Part shown: piece after piece, positions 9,541 through 20,231 of the stretch
How positions within the stretch are numbered: the first letter of the stretch is position 1
Layout: each line of letters starts with the position of its first letter
Source: Candidatus Borrarchaeum weybense
GTDB taxonomy: Archaea; Asgardarchaeota; Sifarchaeia; Borrarchaeales; Borrarchaeaceae
Length of the DNA: 64,000 nucleotides
Assembly (NCBI GenBank): GCA_019057385.1
Contig: JAHQJS010000004.1
Location: forward strand, 820,627 to 884,626
Direction of reading: 5' to 3'
Position numbers and translations under genes: made by a program
The notes under the pieces: model-generated
What the model was told of the DNA's origin: nothing
What the model saw: only the letters and a program-made list of their open reading frames with translations
Databases searched by the model: none

Positions 9541-12495
9541 ATGCAACTAGGAATCTTAGGAGCAAATGTGATCGTATTAGTCATTCCCGTGATTATTGTT
9601 ATACTCGTGTTTCTTCTTTGGAAAGATAAGCGCTTAGTTAAGATGGCATTTCGCAACCTAGGGCGAAGAAAGACTCGTAATTTTCTCACTGTGGTAGGAG
9701 TGATGGCCTCTGTCAGTTTGTATGTAGCATTTAACATAGCTAGTGATAATACGTATCAAATTGTTTACAACGTGGTTGAACTTCTGGGAGGCAACGTAGA
9801 TTTCGAAGTCAGTCGAGTTGATGGTGAACCCTTTAATGAAGACCTTCTCGAGGACATCTTGCAGGTGGAGGGAGTGAAAGCAGCAGCCCCTCGGATACAG
9901 CGATATAGTGTGATCTATGTCAAAGCTGATGGAAACTCGACCACGGCAGTTGTTGTTGGCATAGATCCACAGTACGATAACGAGTTTGGAGAGCTCTTTG
10001 ATTACAACACTAGCGAATCCATCGATACCAGTGAAGTCCTTACTGGAAAGGTCGCCATAGTGAGTGAATCGCTGATGGATGGCATTAATTGGCAGGAAGA
10101 AGTCAATGATGATGAGTTTGAGATCGTCAATGCCACCGTTGGAGATAGCATGATGATTAAATACCGAGGTGGAAGCACAATAAAGAAGGAGCGTTGGGAG
10201 ATCGCCTCTTTTGCAGAAGTTACTGGTAAAGCCCAACAAGTGGGTTGGGGTTCGTGCGTCTTTATATCATTAGAAAGCGCCCAAAAGTTCTTTCCCAAGT
10301 GTAAGGGAAAGGTTGATCAGATTATAGTAGAAATGGATCCAGCGTACGGAACTGAATGGCAAGAAGTGCAGCAAAGAATTAAGGATGTAGTAGGAGAGGA
10401 TCTTGAGGTCTTTGCACCAAAACAAGCGACTTTGGAAGCTAACCAAGCTGTCATTTCATTTATTCAATTAGGTATCTTTTTCGCTGGAGCGGCAACATTG
10501 CTTGCGATGTTATTTCTGATATTTAATACAGCAAATATGACCATAGCCGAGCGTAAGTATGAAATAGGAGTCCTTCGATCCACTGGGTTTAAGAAAAGGC
10601 ATGTCTTTAGGATCTTTCTTTACGAAATTCTTGCATTCGGCATAGCGGGATCCGCAATTGGTATATTCGCCGGTATATGGCTATCAGATGGACTAACGTG
10701 GTACTTCAAAACTCTAATACAAATACCTATCGATGTGCCCTTTGAAGAGATGAAAGGCGTTGCTATTAATCCAGGATATCTCATAGAAGGTTTTGTTCTT
10801 GGCGTCATCTTCACACTACTTGGAGGCTTGTATCCGCTTTTCAGTATAACTAATTTGAACGTCATAAACGCACTGCGACCAGAAGCCCGATCAAGCAAGA
10901 AACTCACTTTGAAACATAGGATTCGATGGGTCGCTAGTGGGAGCGTACTCCTCGGTGTTGGTTTGAGTCTTATATTCGTTTTACCGTTTGTTCTGGGACT
11001 TGAAATTTCATTTCTTACGAGTATATTCCTGTTAATGGTGGCAACTGGAATAATACTCCTATTGGGTGGTCTTAAACGAAAATACCTAACGATTGGTGCA
11101 GGCGTAGTACTACTAGCAGTCGGTCTTTTTGATGTGTTCTTCGGTGGTTCAATTATTTCGATTTTTGCTCTCATGATAGGCTCTATCATCTTTACTGCAG
11201 GCATCCTCAGAGGTGTAGGAGGTGCGTTCGATTTCATCGTTGGACGTATTCCAGGGTTAAAGTATGTAAGCAATTTGGCGTCTAAGAACATAGCAAGAAA
11301 GCGGACCAGATCTACTCTTACCTTTGGAATTTTTACGATTTGTTTAGCGCTTGTAATTGCAATAGCTTCAATCATGACAGCACTCGAAATTGGAATTTTG
11401 GATTTCGTTGACCAAAGCTTAGAAGGTAACCTGATCGTTGGTACTGATGTTGGAGCACCCCCTACTCTCAGCGGAAATATTACAAGAAATATTGAAGGTA
11501 TTCACTGGGCAAATACAAGTGAAGGAATGATTCCAGCCTGCACTGTCTTGGAAGGAGCGGGTGCACGTTTCGAACTGTGGGATGAAGATTACGATTCGCT
11601 GCTTATAGGTATCAATAGCACTAATTATGTTGTCGTGAATGAACAAACTCTACCGTCTAAAATCATTGATCCAAATGGTACAGATACTTTCAAGTTATTT
11701 AAGCGACTTAAGAATCCACACGAAAATGCTTGTATCATAAGTGATAGACTTGCCTATGAACTCAATGTCAAAGTGGGACAAAAAACACCGATACAAATCT
11801 CAGCACATGGAAACACAACGGAGTTCAAAGTTATTGGGATAATGCATGAAGATTTATTCGGCTATCCGCAACCGGGTTACTTCTGCTTAATTGACATTGA
11901 TCGTTTCTATGAATTTGGCGTTGATAAAACGGTCCATACTTTCTTCATTAAATTAGACCGACGCTATATGAACGGCACAGCAGTTGATCCGCAAGTCGTG
12001 GCAGACCAGATCGACGAAAGGTGGGGCGACGAATACAAACTAGAATTTGTAATGAAAGAAGACATCAAACAGGAAGTTCACGAACAAGCCAAACAAATAG
12101 GGACATTCTTCAATATCATAACCTATTCCAGTATCGTTGTTGGCTTGCTAGTTTTGGCAACCACTATGATCAAAATAGTCAGTGAGAGACGGCGCGAAAT
12201 TGGCTTACTCCGAACAATAGGCATAAAAAAACAGGGCGTGATAATGCTTATCCTTTCTGAGTCGATATTCCTGGCTCTTATCGGGCTTTTGCTTGGGATT
12301 ATCGATGGATACATCTTAGGATATACACTTGTTCAGGCATTGGGTGACGTAGGTCCTATGCAGTTTGTAATGCCGTGGGACGCTATTGTCCAAACTACTG
12401 TAGTGGCACTCGCAATTGCAGTCATCGGTGCGATATTTCCCGCGTGGAAAGCCAGTCGGATACCTCCAGCTGAGTCATTGAGATATACAGGATAG
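9541..12495 (+). CDS. ABC transporter permease, duplicated FtsX/MacB domains
   Basis: AFRNLGRRKTR, two ER..EIG.LR..G motifs, terminal P.ESLRY. Confidence 0.92.
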   Translation: MQLGILGANVIVLVIPVIIVILVFLLWKDKRLVKMAFRNLGRRKTRNFLTVVGVMASVSLYVAFNIASDNTYQIVYNVVELLGGNVDFEVSRVDGEPFNEDLLEDILQVEGVKAAAPRIQRYSVIYVKADGNSTTAVVVGIDPQYDNEFGELFDYNTSESIDTSEVLTGKVAIVSESLMDGINWQEEVNDDEFEIVNATVGDSMMIKYRGGSTIKKERWEIASFAEVTGKAQQVGWGSCVFISLESAQKFFPKCKGKVDQIIVEMDPAYGTEWQEVQQRIKDVVGEDLEVFAPKQATLEANQAVISFIQLGIFFAGAATLLAMLFLIFNTANMTIAERKYEIGVLRSTGFKKRHVFRIFLYEILAFGIAGSAIGIFAGIWLSDGLTWYFKTLIQIPIDVPFEEMKGVAINPGYLIEGFVLGVIFTLLGGLYPLFSITNLNVINALRPEARSSKKLTLKHRIRWVASGSVLLGVGLSLIFVLPFVLGLEISFLTSIFLLMVATGIILLLGGLKRKYLTIGAGVVLLAVGLFDVFFGGSIISIFALMIGSIIFTAGILRGVGGAFDFIVGRIPGLKYVSNLASKNIARKRTRSTLTFGIFTICLALVIAIASIMTALEIGILDFVDQSLEGNLIVGTDVGAPPTLSGNITRNIEGIHWANTSEGMIPACTVLEGAGARFELWDEDYDSLLIGINSTNYVVVNEQTLPSKIIDPNGTDTFKLFKRLKNPHENACIISDRLAYELNVKVGQKTPIQISAHGNTTEFKVIGIMHEDLFGYPQPGYFCLIDIDRFYEFGVDKTVHTFFIKLDRRYMNGTAVDPQVVADQIDERWGDEYKLEFVMKEDIKQEVHEQAKQIGTFFNIITYSSIVVGLLVLATTMIKIVSERRREIGLLRTIGIKKQGVIMLILSESIFLALIGLLLGIIDGYILGYTLVQALGDVGPMQFVMPWDAIVQTTVVALAIAVIGAIFPAWKASRIPPAESLRYTG

Positions 12496-12825
12496 TCTGT
12501 GTACACTTCTTCTATCCTTTTCTTTCCTTTATTCAATAACAAACAAAAAACGACAAAAAAGAGGAGATAAATATGCCAAGTCTTATGAACGAAAATATTT
12601 GTTGGACTCTGCTATTGCTCTGTTTATGTGTATTGGTCATCTTATATGGCCTAATTTAGAAAGGATGTCTAAACTTAGGAGGAATTTTGACCATAACCAA
12701 TTCGTACATGATAGATTTCTTGACCATAAGCTATACAGGTTGTGTCATTACAAGAGTCCTAACAATCAAAGGAAGAAATAAAACCTTATATAATAAGGAA
12801 TATCCACATTTATCTGTTATCGTGC

Positions 12826-13734
12826 TTGATGTATGGATGGTTATCACCGGAGGTTTTAGATAAGATGAATGAGATCTCAGTTATTGGACGGATAAAAGAA
12901 GGATTCAAGATCTGGAGAAAAGGATGGTTAAGCTTCATACTTGCTGTAATTTTGCTATCATTTGTTTTTATAATCGTATTGATCCCAGTGAGTTTTGGCA
13001 TTGCGGGTATTGCGGGTATTGGAGTTTATTTTGAAGAAAGTTTGATTTCAGTAGCGATAACAGCTTTTACGGTAACAGTTTTTGGCATCGCATTTAATTT
13101 CATTGTTATCGGAACGATGTGCGGTCTAGGAAAAGAACTCATCGAGATCGAAGATACCCGAGCCGAAAACACTCTGCACTACATTAAAAGTTTTGGTTTA
13201 AGATTTGCTGCGATAGGTATCATAATCGGAGCTGTAGTTATTGGACCGTTTATGGTTGTAGGTATCACCTTCGCCTTCATAAACATCTTACCTGCTCTCT
13301 CATTAAATCTGTGGGCAGGTATTGCAGTTAGCATTTTATCGTTTATTGTTGCCTTTTTCCTCTTCGTTCCTTTCGCCCTCTCGATACCAGCATGCCTTAT
13401 AGAGGATATAGGGCCAATTGAATCAATAAAAACCAGTTTTCACGCTTTCAGAAAGAATCCTAAGACAATATCAGTATTGCTAGCGTCATTTATTGTAATT
13501 TTCGTTGCTTTACTTGCGCTTCCTATCATAGGTTTAATAATCGGATTTGTTCAAACACCCTTTGCTGTGATATTAGCCGGTGTTCTTGGCACATTTGCTG
13601 TTATAGCATTCTTTGTTTGTATTTTTGTGATTCTCCCGGTAATGTGCGTCACGTTTACAAAATTTTACTATGATTACAAACTCCCAGAAAAGGAGGAGGT
13701 TTCTGAAGAAGATCTGCCAATAAGGCTACTTTAA
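12826..13734 (+). CDS. Multi-pass membrane protein (copy 1 of duplicated pair)
   Basis: About 6 TM helices; shares GLGKELIE.EDTRAEN and VSEE..PI.L with 14583..15494. Confidence 0.8.
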   Translation: MMYGWLSPEVLDKMNEISVIGRIKEGFKIWRKGWLSFILAVILLSFVFIIVLIPVSFGIAGIAGIGVYFEESLISVAITAFTVTVFGIAFNFIVIGTMCGLGKELIEIEDTRAENTLHYIKSFGLRFAAIGIIIGAVVIGPFMVVGITFAFINILPALSLNLWAGIAVSILSFIVAFFLFVPFALSIPACLIEDIGPIESIKTSFHAFRKNPKTISVLLASFIVIFVALLALPIIGLIIGFVQTPFAVILAGVLGTFAVIAFFVCIFVILPVMCVTFTKFYYDYKLPEKEEVSEEDLPIRLL

Positions 13735-13777
13735 CGAAGATATTTTGCAAACGATCCAATACAAAAAAGCGACTTAG

Positions 13778-14389
13778 GTGAAACCTGAAATGCAACAAAC
13801 TATGGTTGTAAGAGATAAGGAAGTTCTGAAATCACTTATATCACCGATCCGATCGAAGATCTTACAACTTCTTATCAACGAAGAACTTGCAGTTCAACAA
13901 TTGGCAAATAAGTTAGAAACATCTGCCGGCTCAGCATATTATCATGTAAAAGGTTTACAGGACGCTGGACTCGTTGAAGAAACGCGTACAGAAATGGAAA
14001 AGAATATCATGATGCGGTTTTACCGTGCGGTAGCGAGGCAGTTCAAGGTTGATTTTAGTATAATTACTGACGAGGCTGATGAAGAGGTTACCAAATGGGT
14101 CAAGAGCCGTGTAGAAAGCATAATTACTGGTTTGCAAGCGTATAATATTGTAATCCCAAAAGAAAAATTTCCTGATGCTGTAAAGTATTTAACAGAGTTA
14201 GTTAACCTCGAAAACAAGATAAAGGAAGAGATCTCACCTACGAGTCCTGAACTATTGAATAATATTGCACCCTCCATACGTGAAGATATTTCTTCCCTCA
14301 TGGAAATGTATCATCAAAATCAAGACAATGATTTAATCAATGCGCGAGAAAAACTGATCTCTTTTCTAAGGAAATATGAAAAAACCTGA
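13778..14389 (+). CDS. ArsR/HTH_20 winged-helix regulator (copy 1)
   Basis: SPIRSKILQLL...YYHVKGLQDAGLVEE...RFYRAVA. Confidence 0.88.
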   Translation: MKPEMQQTMVVRDKEVLKSLISPIRSKILQLLINEELAVQQLANKLETSAGSAYYHVKGLQDAGLVEETRTEMEKNIMMRFYRAVARQFKVDFSIITDEADEEVTKWVKSRVESIITGLQAYNIVIPKEKFPDAVKYLTELVNLENKIKEEISPTSPELLNNIAPSIREDISSLMEMYHQNQDNDLINAREKLISFLRKYEKT

Positions 14390-14471
14390 AAGATTTCAGC
14401 ACTGTTTTTACCGAAAACTAGATTTTTTATCTTTTTTTCATAAAAAGATTTTTATATATTGATGTTCATTG

Positions 14472-14495
14472 TACGTTTGATTTATTTCAAACGTA
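14472..14495. promoter_or_regulatory. Palindromic operator TACGTTTGA-N6-TCAAACGTA
   Basis: Perfect 9-bp inverted repeat downstream of TTTTATATA; same architecture as 7861. Confidence 0.7.
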
Positions 14496-14582
14496 TGAAT
14501 TATTTATAAATAATTAAAAAAAATGGAGATTAAAAGATTAGTGAGAAGACAGCATTAGAAAGGATTAAGACAGTGTACTAGC

Positions 14583-15494
14583 GTGCAAACACTTTTTTTG
14601 AAAATCGAATGTAAACAAATCTTACTAGAAGACTTCATGGAGGTTATTGATGATATGGCAACGACCTCAATAACAGAGTTGCTAAAAGAAGGCTTTAGAA
14701 TTTGGAAACAAGGATGGTTAAGCTTCATTCTGTCAGAGATTTTGTTGTTTTTTGCTTTGGCAATCTTATTAGTTCCCACGATGGCTACAGCGAATTATCT
14801 TGGAATCGTGAGAGAAACTTCGCCAGCCTTCTTAAACCCAATATTAGTTTCAATAATGGCAATAATCGGTATAACCTTCAATAGCGTCGTTATGGGAAGT
14901 TTCTGTGGACTGGGAAAAGAACTAATTGAATTCGAAGATACTAGGGCAGAAAACGCGCTCTATTATTTAAAAAAACAAGGCTTAAGTTTTATAGGAGTTG
15001 GTCTCGTAATCGCAATCCTAATCGTTGTCCCATTGACACTGATACGCCTCTTCTTGGGTGTAGGCACAAACTTTGAACTTTTAAGAGGTCTTACTATTAT
15101 CGTTTTTATAATTATATTTTTCCTACTAGCTCCATTTGTTATCTCAATACCTGCTGCTGTCATTGATGAGTCAAATGCTATTGAATCAATTAAAACAAGC
15201 TTAAATTTCTTACGAGAAGATCCAAAAATGGTCTTGGGAGTGCTTGGATTTTTTACTATACTATACTTCTTACTTCTTAGCCCAACCTTGGCATTAACGA
15301 CCAGAAACGCTATTTTGACACATAGATTCATACCTGTATTCACTCCAGCTATTCTAGCAGTGATAGCCTTCGTTTGTTTCCTTTTTGTGCTGTTCCCGAT
15401 GATGTCAATCACCTTCACAAAGCTTTACTACAATTGCAGAATCCCAAAGAAGAAACAGGTTTCAGAAGAGGAGTCACCAATTAGTCTGTTCTAA
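14583..15494 (+). CDS. Multi-pass membrane protein (copy 2); real start probably ATG near 14655
   Basis: Paralog of 12826..13734; GGAGG SD upstream of MATTSIT. Confidence 0.8.
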   Translation: MQTLFLKIECKQILLEDFMEVIDDMATTSITELLKEGFRIWKQGWLSFILSEILLFFALAILLVPTMATANYLGIVRETSPAFLNPILVSIMAIIGITFNSVVMGSFCGLGKELIEFEDTRAENALYYLKKQGLSFIGVGLVIAILIVVPLTLIRLFLGVGTNFELLRGLTIIVFIIIFFLLAPFVISIPAAVIDESNAIESIKTSLNFLREDPKMVLGVLGFFTILYFLLLSPTLALTTRNAILTHRFIPVFTPAILAVIAFVCFLFVLFPMMSITFTKLYYNCRIPKKKQVSEEESPISLF

Positions 15495-15519
15495 AAAAGT
15501 TCGTAGGAGTAGAAACAAG

Positions 15520-16143
15520 TTGAAACAACTTATGGTTTTGAGAAATATAGAAGTTTTGAAAGCACTCCTCTCTAGCTGGAGATCGAAAATACTGCAGCTT
15601 CTTATTGTCCAAGAATATACGGTGCAACAATTGACAAAAATGTTGATAGAGATGACAGGAGAGAAGATTAACCCTGGTACGGTATACCATCATATAAAAG
15701 TCTTGCAGGAGGCAGGACTAGTTGAAGAAACACGCCAAGAAATTGAAAAAAATATAGTTATGAAGTTTTACCGCGCCGTAGCCAGAGATTTTAGAGTTGA
15801 TTTTAGTGTATTAACAGGCAAAGATGAGACTCATAGAGATGTTACTCAATGGCTTGAAAGCCGTGTAACAGGTTTAATAGACACGTTAAAAGCTTATAAT
15901 ATCAATATTGATCCTGAAAATTACGTCGAAGCAGCAGAGCATATAAAAGAATTCATCAACCTTGAAAATAAACTAAAAGAAGAGATTTCATCAAAAAATC
16001 CTGAACTCTTAAAAAATAAAGATCCTTCGATAATAAAAGACGCCTTCTCGCTCATGACCCTTTATCTCCTAAACCAAAATGAAGAATACGTTATGTTACG
16101 AGAAAAATTGTTAGATTTCCTAAAAATGCATGAAAGTTCATGA
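15520..16143 (+). CDS. ArsR/HTH_20 winged-helix regulator (copy 2)
   Basis: RSKILQLL...VYHHIKVLQEAGLVEETR; paralog of 13778..14389. Confidence 0.88.
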   Translation: MKQLMVLRNIEVLKALLSSWRSKILQLLIVQEYTVQQLTKMLIEMTGEKINPGTVYHHIKVLQEAGLVEETRQEIEKNIVMKFYRAVARDFRVDFSVLTGKDETHRDVTQWLESRVTGLIDTLKAYNINIDPENYVEAAEHIKEFINLENKLKEEISSKNPELLKNKDPSIIKDAFSLMTLYLLNQNEEYVMLREKLLDFLKMHESS

Positions 16144-16224
16144 AGTAAAAAGGTGTTGGATTAGAAAGATTTATTTGCTAATAAATATCTTTCAAAAACT
16201 CCACTCCAAAAGAGGTAGAAAAAG

Positions 16225-16941
16225 TTGAATAAAGAAAATTCGACGATGGTAAAGACAATCAACCTTCACAAAACATACGTCTCAGGTTCACTTGCCGTAC
16301 AGGCGGTTCGTGGCATAGATTTAGAAGTTAAAAAAGGCGAATTTATAGCAATCATGGGTCCTAGTGGCTCGGGAAAATCGACTTTGATAAACTGTTTAGC
16401 CGCTATAGACACGCCAACAATGGGAGACATTTTCATTGAAGGGCGAAATATCGCCGCACTTAGTGACGATGAATTAGCTGAGATCCGTTTACGTAAAATT
16501 GGCCTTGTTTTTCAGACATTTCAGTTATTTGAATTATTGACCGCATTAGAAAACGTAGAAATGCCTATGACTTTCCTGAAGATGCCCAAAAAGAAAAGAC
16601 AAGAGCGAGCTTTAGAATTATTACGAATGGTAGGTCTTAAAGCCCGTGCAAAACATCTACCCTCCGAATTGAGTGGAGGAGAGCAACAACGAATTGCTGT
16701 TGCCAGAGCTCTTGCAAACGATCCACCGATTCTCTTCTTGGATGAGCCAACTGGTGATCTTGACTCCAAAAATGGGCAGATGGTCATGGAACTACTCGCC
16801 TCGATTCATGACAAGGGTGAAACATTAGTTATGGTCACTCACGACCCCGAAATGGCCACCTATGCAGATCGTGTAATTAATATGCTCGATGGAAAAGTTC
16901 TAAATGAAGAAATCAATAACAAGACCAAAAAAACTAACTAG
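16225..16941 (+). CDS. ABC transporter ATP-binding protein (LolD/MacB-like)
   Basis: [26 protein letters not shown]. Confidence 0.95.
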   Translation: MNKENSTMVKTINLHKTYVSGSLAVQAVRGIDLEVKKGEFIAIMGPSGSGKSTLINCLAAIDTPTMGDIFIEGRNIAALSDDELAEIRLRKIGLVFQTFQLFELLTALENVEMPMTFLKMPKKKRQERALELLRMVGLKARAKHLPSELSGGEQQRIAVARALANDPPILFLDEPTGDLDSKNGQMVMELLASIHDKGETLVMVTHDPEMATYADRVINMLDGKVLNEEINNKTKKTN

Positions 16942-16956
16942 TAAGAGGATATAACA

Positions 16957-19845
16957 ATGAGTTATTTGCGATACTTGTTCACTGGAATGCGTCGTAAAAA
17001 AGCCCGTACTATTCTGGGTATATTAGGTATTATTGTCTCAGTTGCGTTGCTTACAGGTATGAATGCGACAGTTGATTCATACAGTTATTCTTACATTGAC
17101 CAGGCTGAACAAAACGAAGGCATTATCGACTTTATGATTACTCGAAACACGTATGACAAAGTAAATCCGGGTTTCGAGGACGCTATATTCCTAGAAGCAA
17201 AGCCACGTTCACTTGCGGAAAGTGTGGATGGCGTTCAGGGTGTTTCACCTCGCCTTAGGGCACTCGTAGAGGTTGAAGTAATTAAGAAAGGTACAGAACA
17301 ATTAGAAATCGACCTTGAACTGATCGGTATGGATTTTGATAGAGAACAAGAACTTGGAATTGGACAAATTCGCATAATTGAGGGTGAGTTCGACCTGGTA
17401 GGCAAAAAGGTGTTTATACAGCGAAGAACAGCTGATCTTCTAAGTGTAGAAGTCGGGGATAAAATTAGATTTAATCCAGTGGAGTGGAACAAAGATGCTG
17501 GCGGCCGAAAAGGGCAATTTTTTGAAGTCAGTGCAATCATCGAAGATGAAAATCGTTTGGCAGATTCTGATAATAATGCAATGATATGCGGATTATGGAG
17601 TGCGAGAGATCTATTAAGATCTTCAAAATACGTTACTGAATTAGTAGGTGTTTTTGAAAACAGAGATTTCCTATACGATATTCGTGAAATTGACGCGACA
17701 GTTTCAAGGATTGTAAAATTGGGAACACGAATACAAGACGCAGTGGGTATTGAATACAACGTGGAATTACCGATTACTGAAGAATTGCAGCAGCTCGATC
17801 AACAAGGGGTCTTTATTAGAATCATCCTTGGAATGGTAGCAGTAATCTCACTGGTCATTTCTTGTGTGCTAATGTACAGTCTTTTAACAATCTCGGTTGA
17901 AGAGAAGACGCATGATTTTGGTCTATTTATGGCTATCGGAGCAAAGAAGAAGCACATATATCGACTTGTCATATTGGAAGCGGTGATAATAGCTGTTTTA
18001 GGTACAGTTGTCGGAGTCGTTCTTGGATTTCTGTTGAGTTTAGGACTTCTCTATCTATTAACGGCGGGAGGTCTTCAATTTCTGGTAGGATCTGTAACAT
18101 TGCAGATTATTGTCACACCCACGACCATAGCAATGAGTATAGTCGCAGGAATTGCAGTAGGTCTAATTAGTTCCATTTATCCCGCGATGAAAGTCACTCG
18201 GGTTAACATTGTCGATTCCCTTACGCCTATGCGGGGAACCCCTACCTATCAACGTGTAGTAAGAGAGAGGGGCGTCAGTTCGAAGTTAATTACATATGGG
18301 TTTATTATTTCAGGTGTCTCGGGATTTGTTTTCTTCATATTTCCTACAGCTTTTATTACTATGGATCTGTCTGTGATCGGTACATTATTCCTTGGAATGA
18401 TGCTTGCCTTGCTATTAGGATTTGACCTGATTGGCCTTGGTGGCTTAGTTCCAAGCGTAGAAAAGTTACTTGTACGAATAATTCGCCCGTTTACCCGCCG
18501 AATTAATGACGTTGTCGCAATGTATCTTAAAAAACACCGCAGAAGAAATACATTAACCGCTATTATGTACAGTGTTTCAATTGCATTCATTTTATTCCTT
18601 TCAACGATGCTAACGGTACAGACACTGTACAATATAGATGCTGTACGAGCTGAAGTTGGAACGGATTTAGCTCTTGTCTCAACCACAAGTTCAGTGCGAG
18701 GTGCAGGATTTGGCGGAGGATTTGGACCCGGTACTACAAGCGATATTCCAATCTGGATAAACGATACAGATCTTGTCCCTAAGATTAAAGAGATAAACGG
18801 TGTAGTAGCTATTACGCGAGTAAGTCCAGAAAATCATCCAAATGGGTCTTCAACGGTTAGAATGGGTGACCTGATAATGTTTGAAGATGTAAGCGCTAGC
18901 GTATATGCAGTAGATGCTGATTTCCCTAACGTCACGTTCTTTGATATTGCCAGATTTACAGAAGGGGACGTTCAAGCTTTTAAGACAATTAATGAGGTGG
19001 AAAATACTACAATTATCTCCGAGGGTGCAGCAAAAAGACTTCAGGTTCATGTTGGAGACAAAGTCCGCATTCAATCCACTAGAAATCTAGCTACAGGAAG
19101 AGAAGTTTTAACTACTGAGCTTACTGTTGTTGCGCTTGCTAGTGATATGCCTGCCTTCTCGGGCTTTCAAGAGAGAGAGTCAGGTTTTAGTGACGTTTTG
19201 GTATCTCAAACTACTTACGCTTTGATCTTTAACCTCTATGAGGAACAAGATATCGATAGAACCCATAGCGGGGAACTAGAAGACTATGTCGAACCAGTCG
19301 ATAGACTATTAATACAAACGACTACTTCTGAGGCTTCAAGAAGTGTCGCTCTTAACCTTAGACGATCTTATTCAGCAAGGGAAGGATTAAACGTCATAGT
19401 CGTTGTGGAAGAAATAGAAGAGGTGCAACGAAGTCTTCTTACTCTCCAATTGTTCTTTACGATAGCACTAGGATTTGGTATGGTTATTGCTCTATTTGGC
19501 CTCACAGCTAGTTGCTATACGACCATCCAAGAATCAATAAGGGAGATAGGAATCATGAAAAGTGTAGGACTTAAACGCAAACACATAACAAACATTTTTA
19601 TGTTTGAGTCCATAATCCTGACGATGGCAGCTGGCCTATCAGGTACTTTTGTAGGATATTTCACAGGACTTTCGTTAATTGCACAACAGTCCATATTCAC
19701 TGAACAACCGTTGCCGCTGTATATCCCTTGGCTGGAACTAGGATTAGTGATCGTTGCATCAATTATAATAGGTGCTATTGGAGCATGGATTCCATCTCGT
19801 ATAATCTCGAAGAAAAATACTGCTGAAATTCTTAGAATGCGGTAA
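16957..19845 (+). CDS. ABC transporter permease, duplicated FtsX/MacB domains
   Basis: RRKKARTIL, EEKTHDFGLFMAIG, ESIREIGIMKSVG. Confidence 0.9.
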   Translation: MSYLRYLFTGMRRKKARTILGILGIIVSVALLTGMNATVDSYSYSYIDQAEQNEGIIDFMITRNTYDKVNPGFEDAIFLEAKPRSLAESVDGVQGVSPRLRALVEVEVIKKGTEQLEIDLELIGMDFDREQELGIGQIRIIEGEFDLVGKKVFIQRRTADLLSVEVGDKIRFNPVEWNKDAGGRKGQFFEVSAIIEDENRLADSDNNAMICGLWSARDLLRSSKYVTELVGVFENRDFLYDIREIDATVSRIVKLGTRIQDAVGIEYNVELPITEELQQLDQQGVFIRIILGMVAVISLVISCVLMYSLLTISVEEKTHDFGLFMAIGAKKKHIYRLVILEAVIIAVLGTVVGVVLGFLLSLGLLYLLTAGGLQFLVGSVTLQIIVTPTTIAMSIVAGIAVGLISSIYPAMKVTRVNIVDSLTPMRGTPTYQRVVRERGVSSKLITYGFIISGVSGFVFFIFPTAFITMDLSVIGTLFLGMMLALLLGFDLIGLGGLVPSVEKLLVRIIRPFTRRINDVVAMYLKKHRRRNTLTAIMYSVSIAFILFLSTMLTVQTLYNIDAVRAEVGTDLALVSTTSSVRGAGFGGGFGPGTTSDIPIWINDTDLVPKIKEINGVVAITRVSPENHPNGSSTVRMGDLIMFEDVSASVYAVDADFPNVTFFDIARFTEGDVQAFKTINEVENTTIISEGAAKRLQVHVGDKVRIQSTRNLATGREVLTTELTVVALASDMPAFSGFQERESGFSDVLVSQTTYALIFNLYEEQDIDRTHSGELEDYVEPVDRLLIQTTTSEASRSVALNLRRSYSAREGLNVIVVVEEIEEVQRSLLTLQLFFTIALGFGMVIALFGLTASCYTTIQESIREIGIMKSVGLKRKHITNIFMFESIILTMAAGLSGTFVGYFTGLSLIAQQSIFTEQPLPLYIPWLELGLVIVASIIIGAIGAWIPSRIISKKNTAEILRMR

Positions 19846-19871
19846 CTTTCTTTACTTTTTTTTATTCTAAT

Positions 19872-19939
19872 TAGTTTTTTTCCATATTATAGATTTGTCT
19901 CTCTCTAGTTTTTTTCCATATTATAGATTTGTCTCTCTC
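19872..19939. repeat. 34-bp perfect tandem duplication
   Basis: tagtttttttccatattatagatttgtctctctc x2. Confidence 0.9.
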
Positions 19940-20231
19940 TTTGTACCAAGTATTGGAATTATATGCTATACATGATCTTATTGAATTTTGAGAATTGAAG
20001 AATGACGCACAACTTATCATAAACATGTAATAATGATAGAAACAGTAACATATAATAGTCACGAGTTAATAAAATTAACATTATTGTAATTGCTGTTGCT
20101 CGAAGTGTACCTATAGTAAATCTAAAAATCAGATGAAGGTTATATATAACAGAAAACAGTAGTTGCCTTTTTCAATGTATTGAAAAAGAAGAATTGATAA
20201 AATTAGTAGTTGACTAAGGATATAGACTGAA

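Noticed and set aside
19872-19939. CRISPR array
   Set aside because: Two adjacent copies with no spacer and no cas genes
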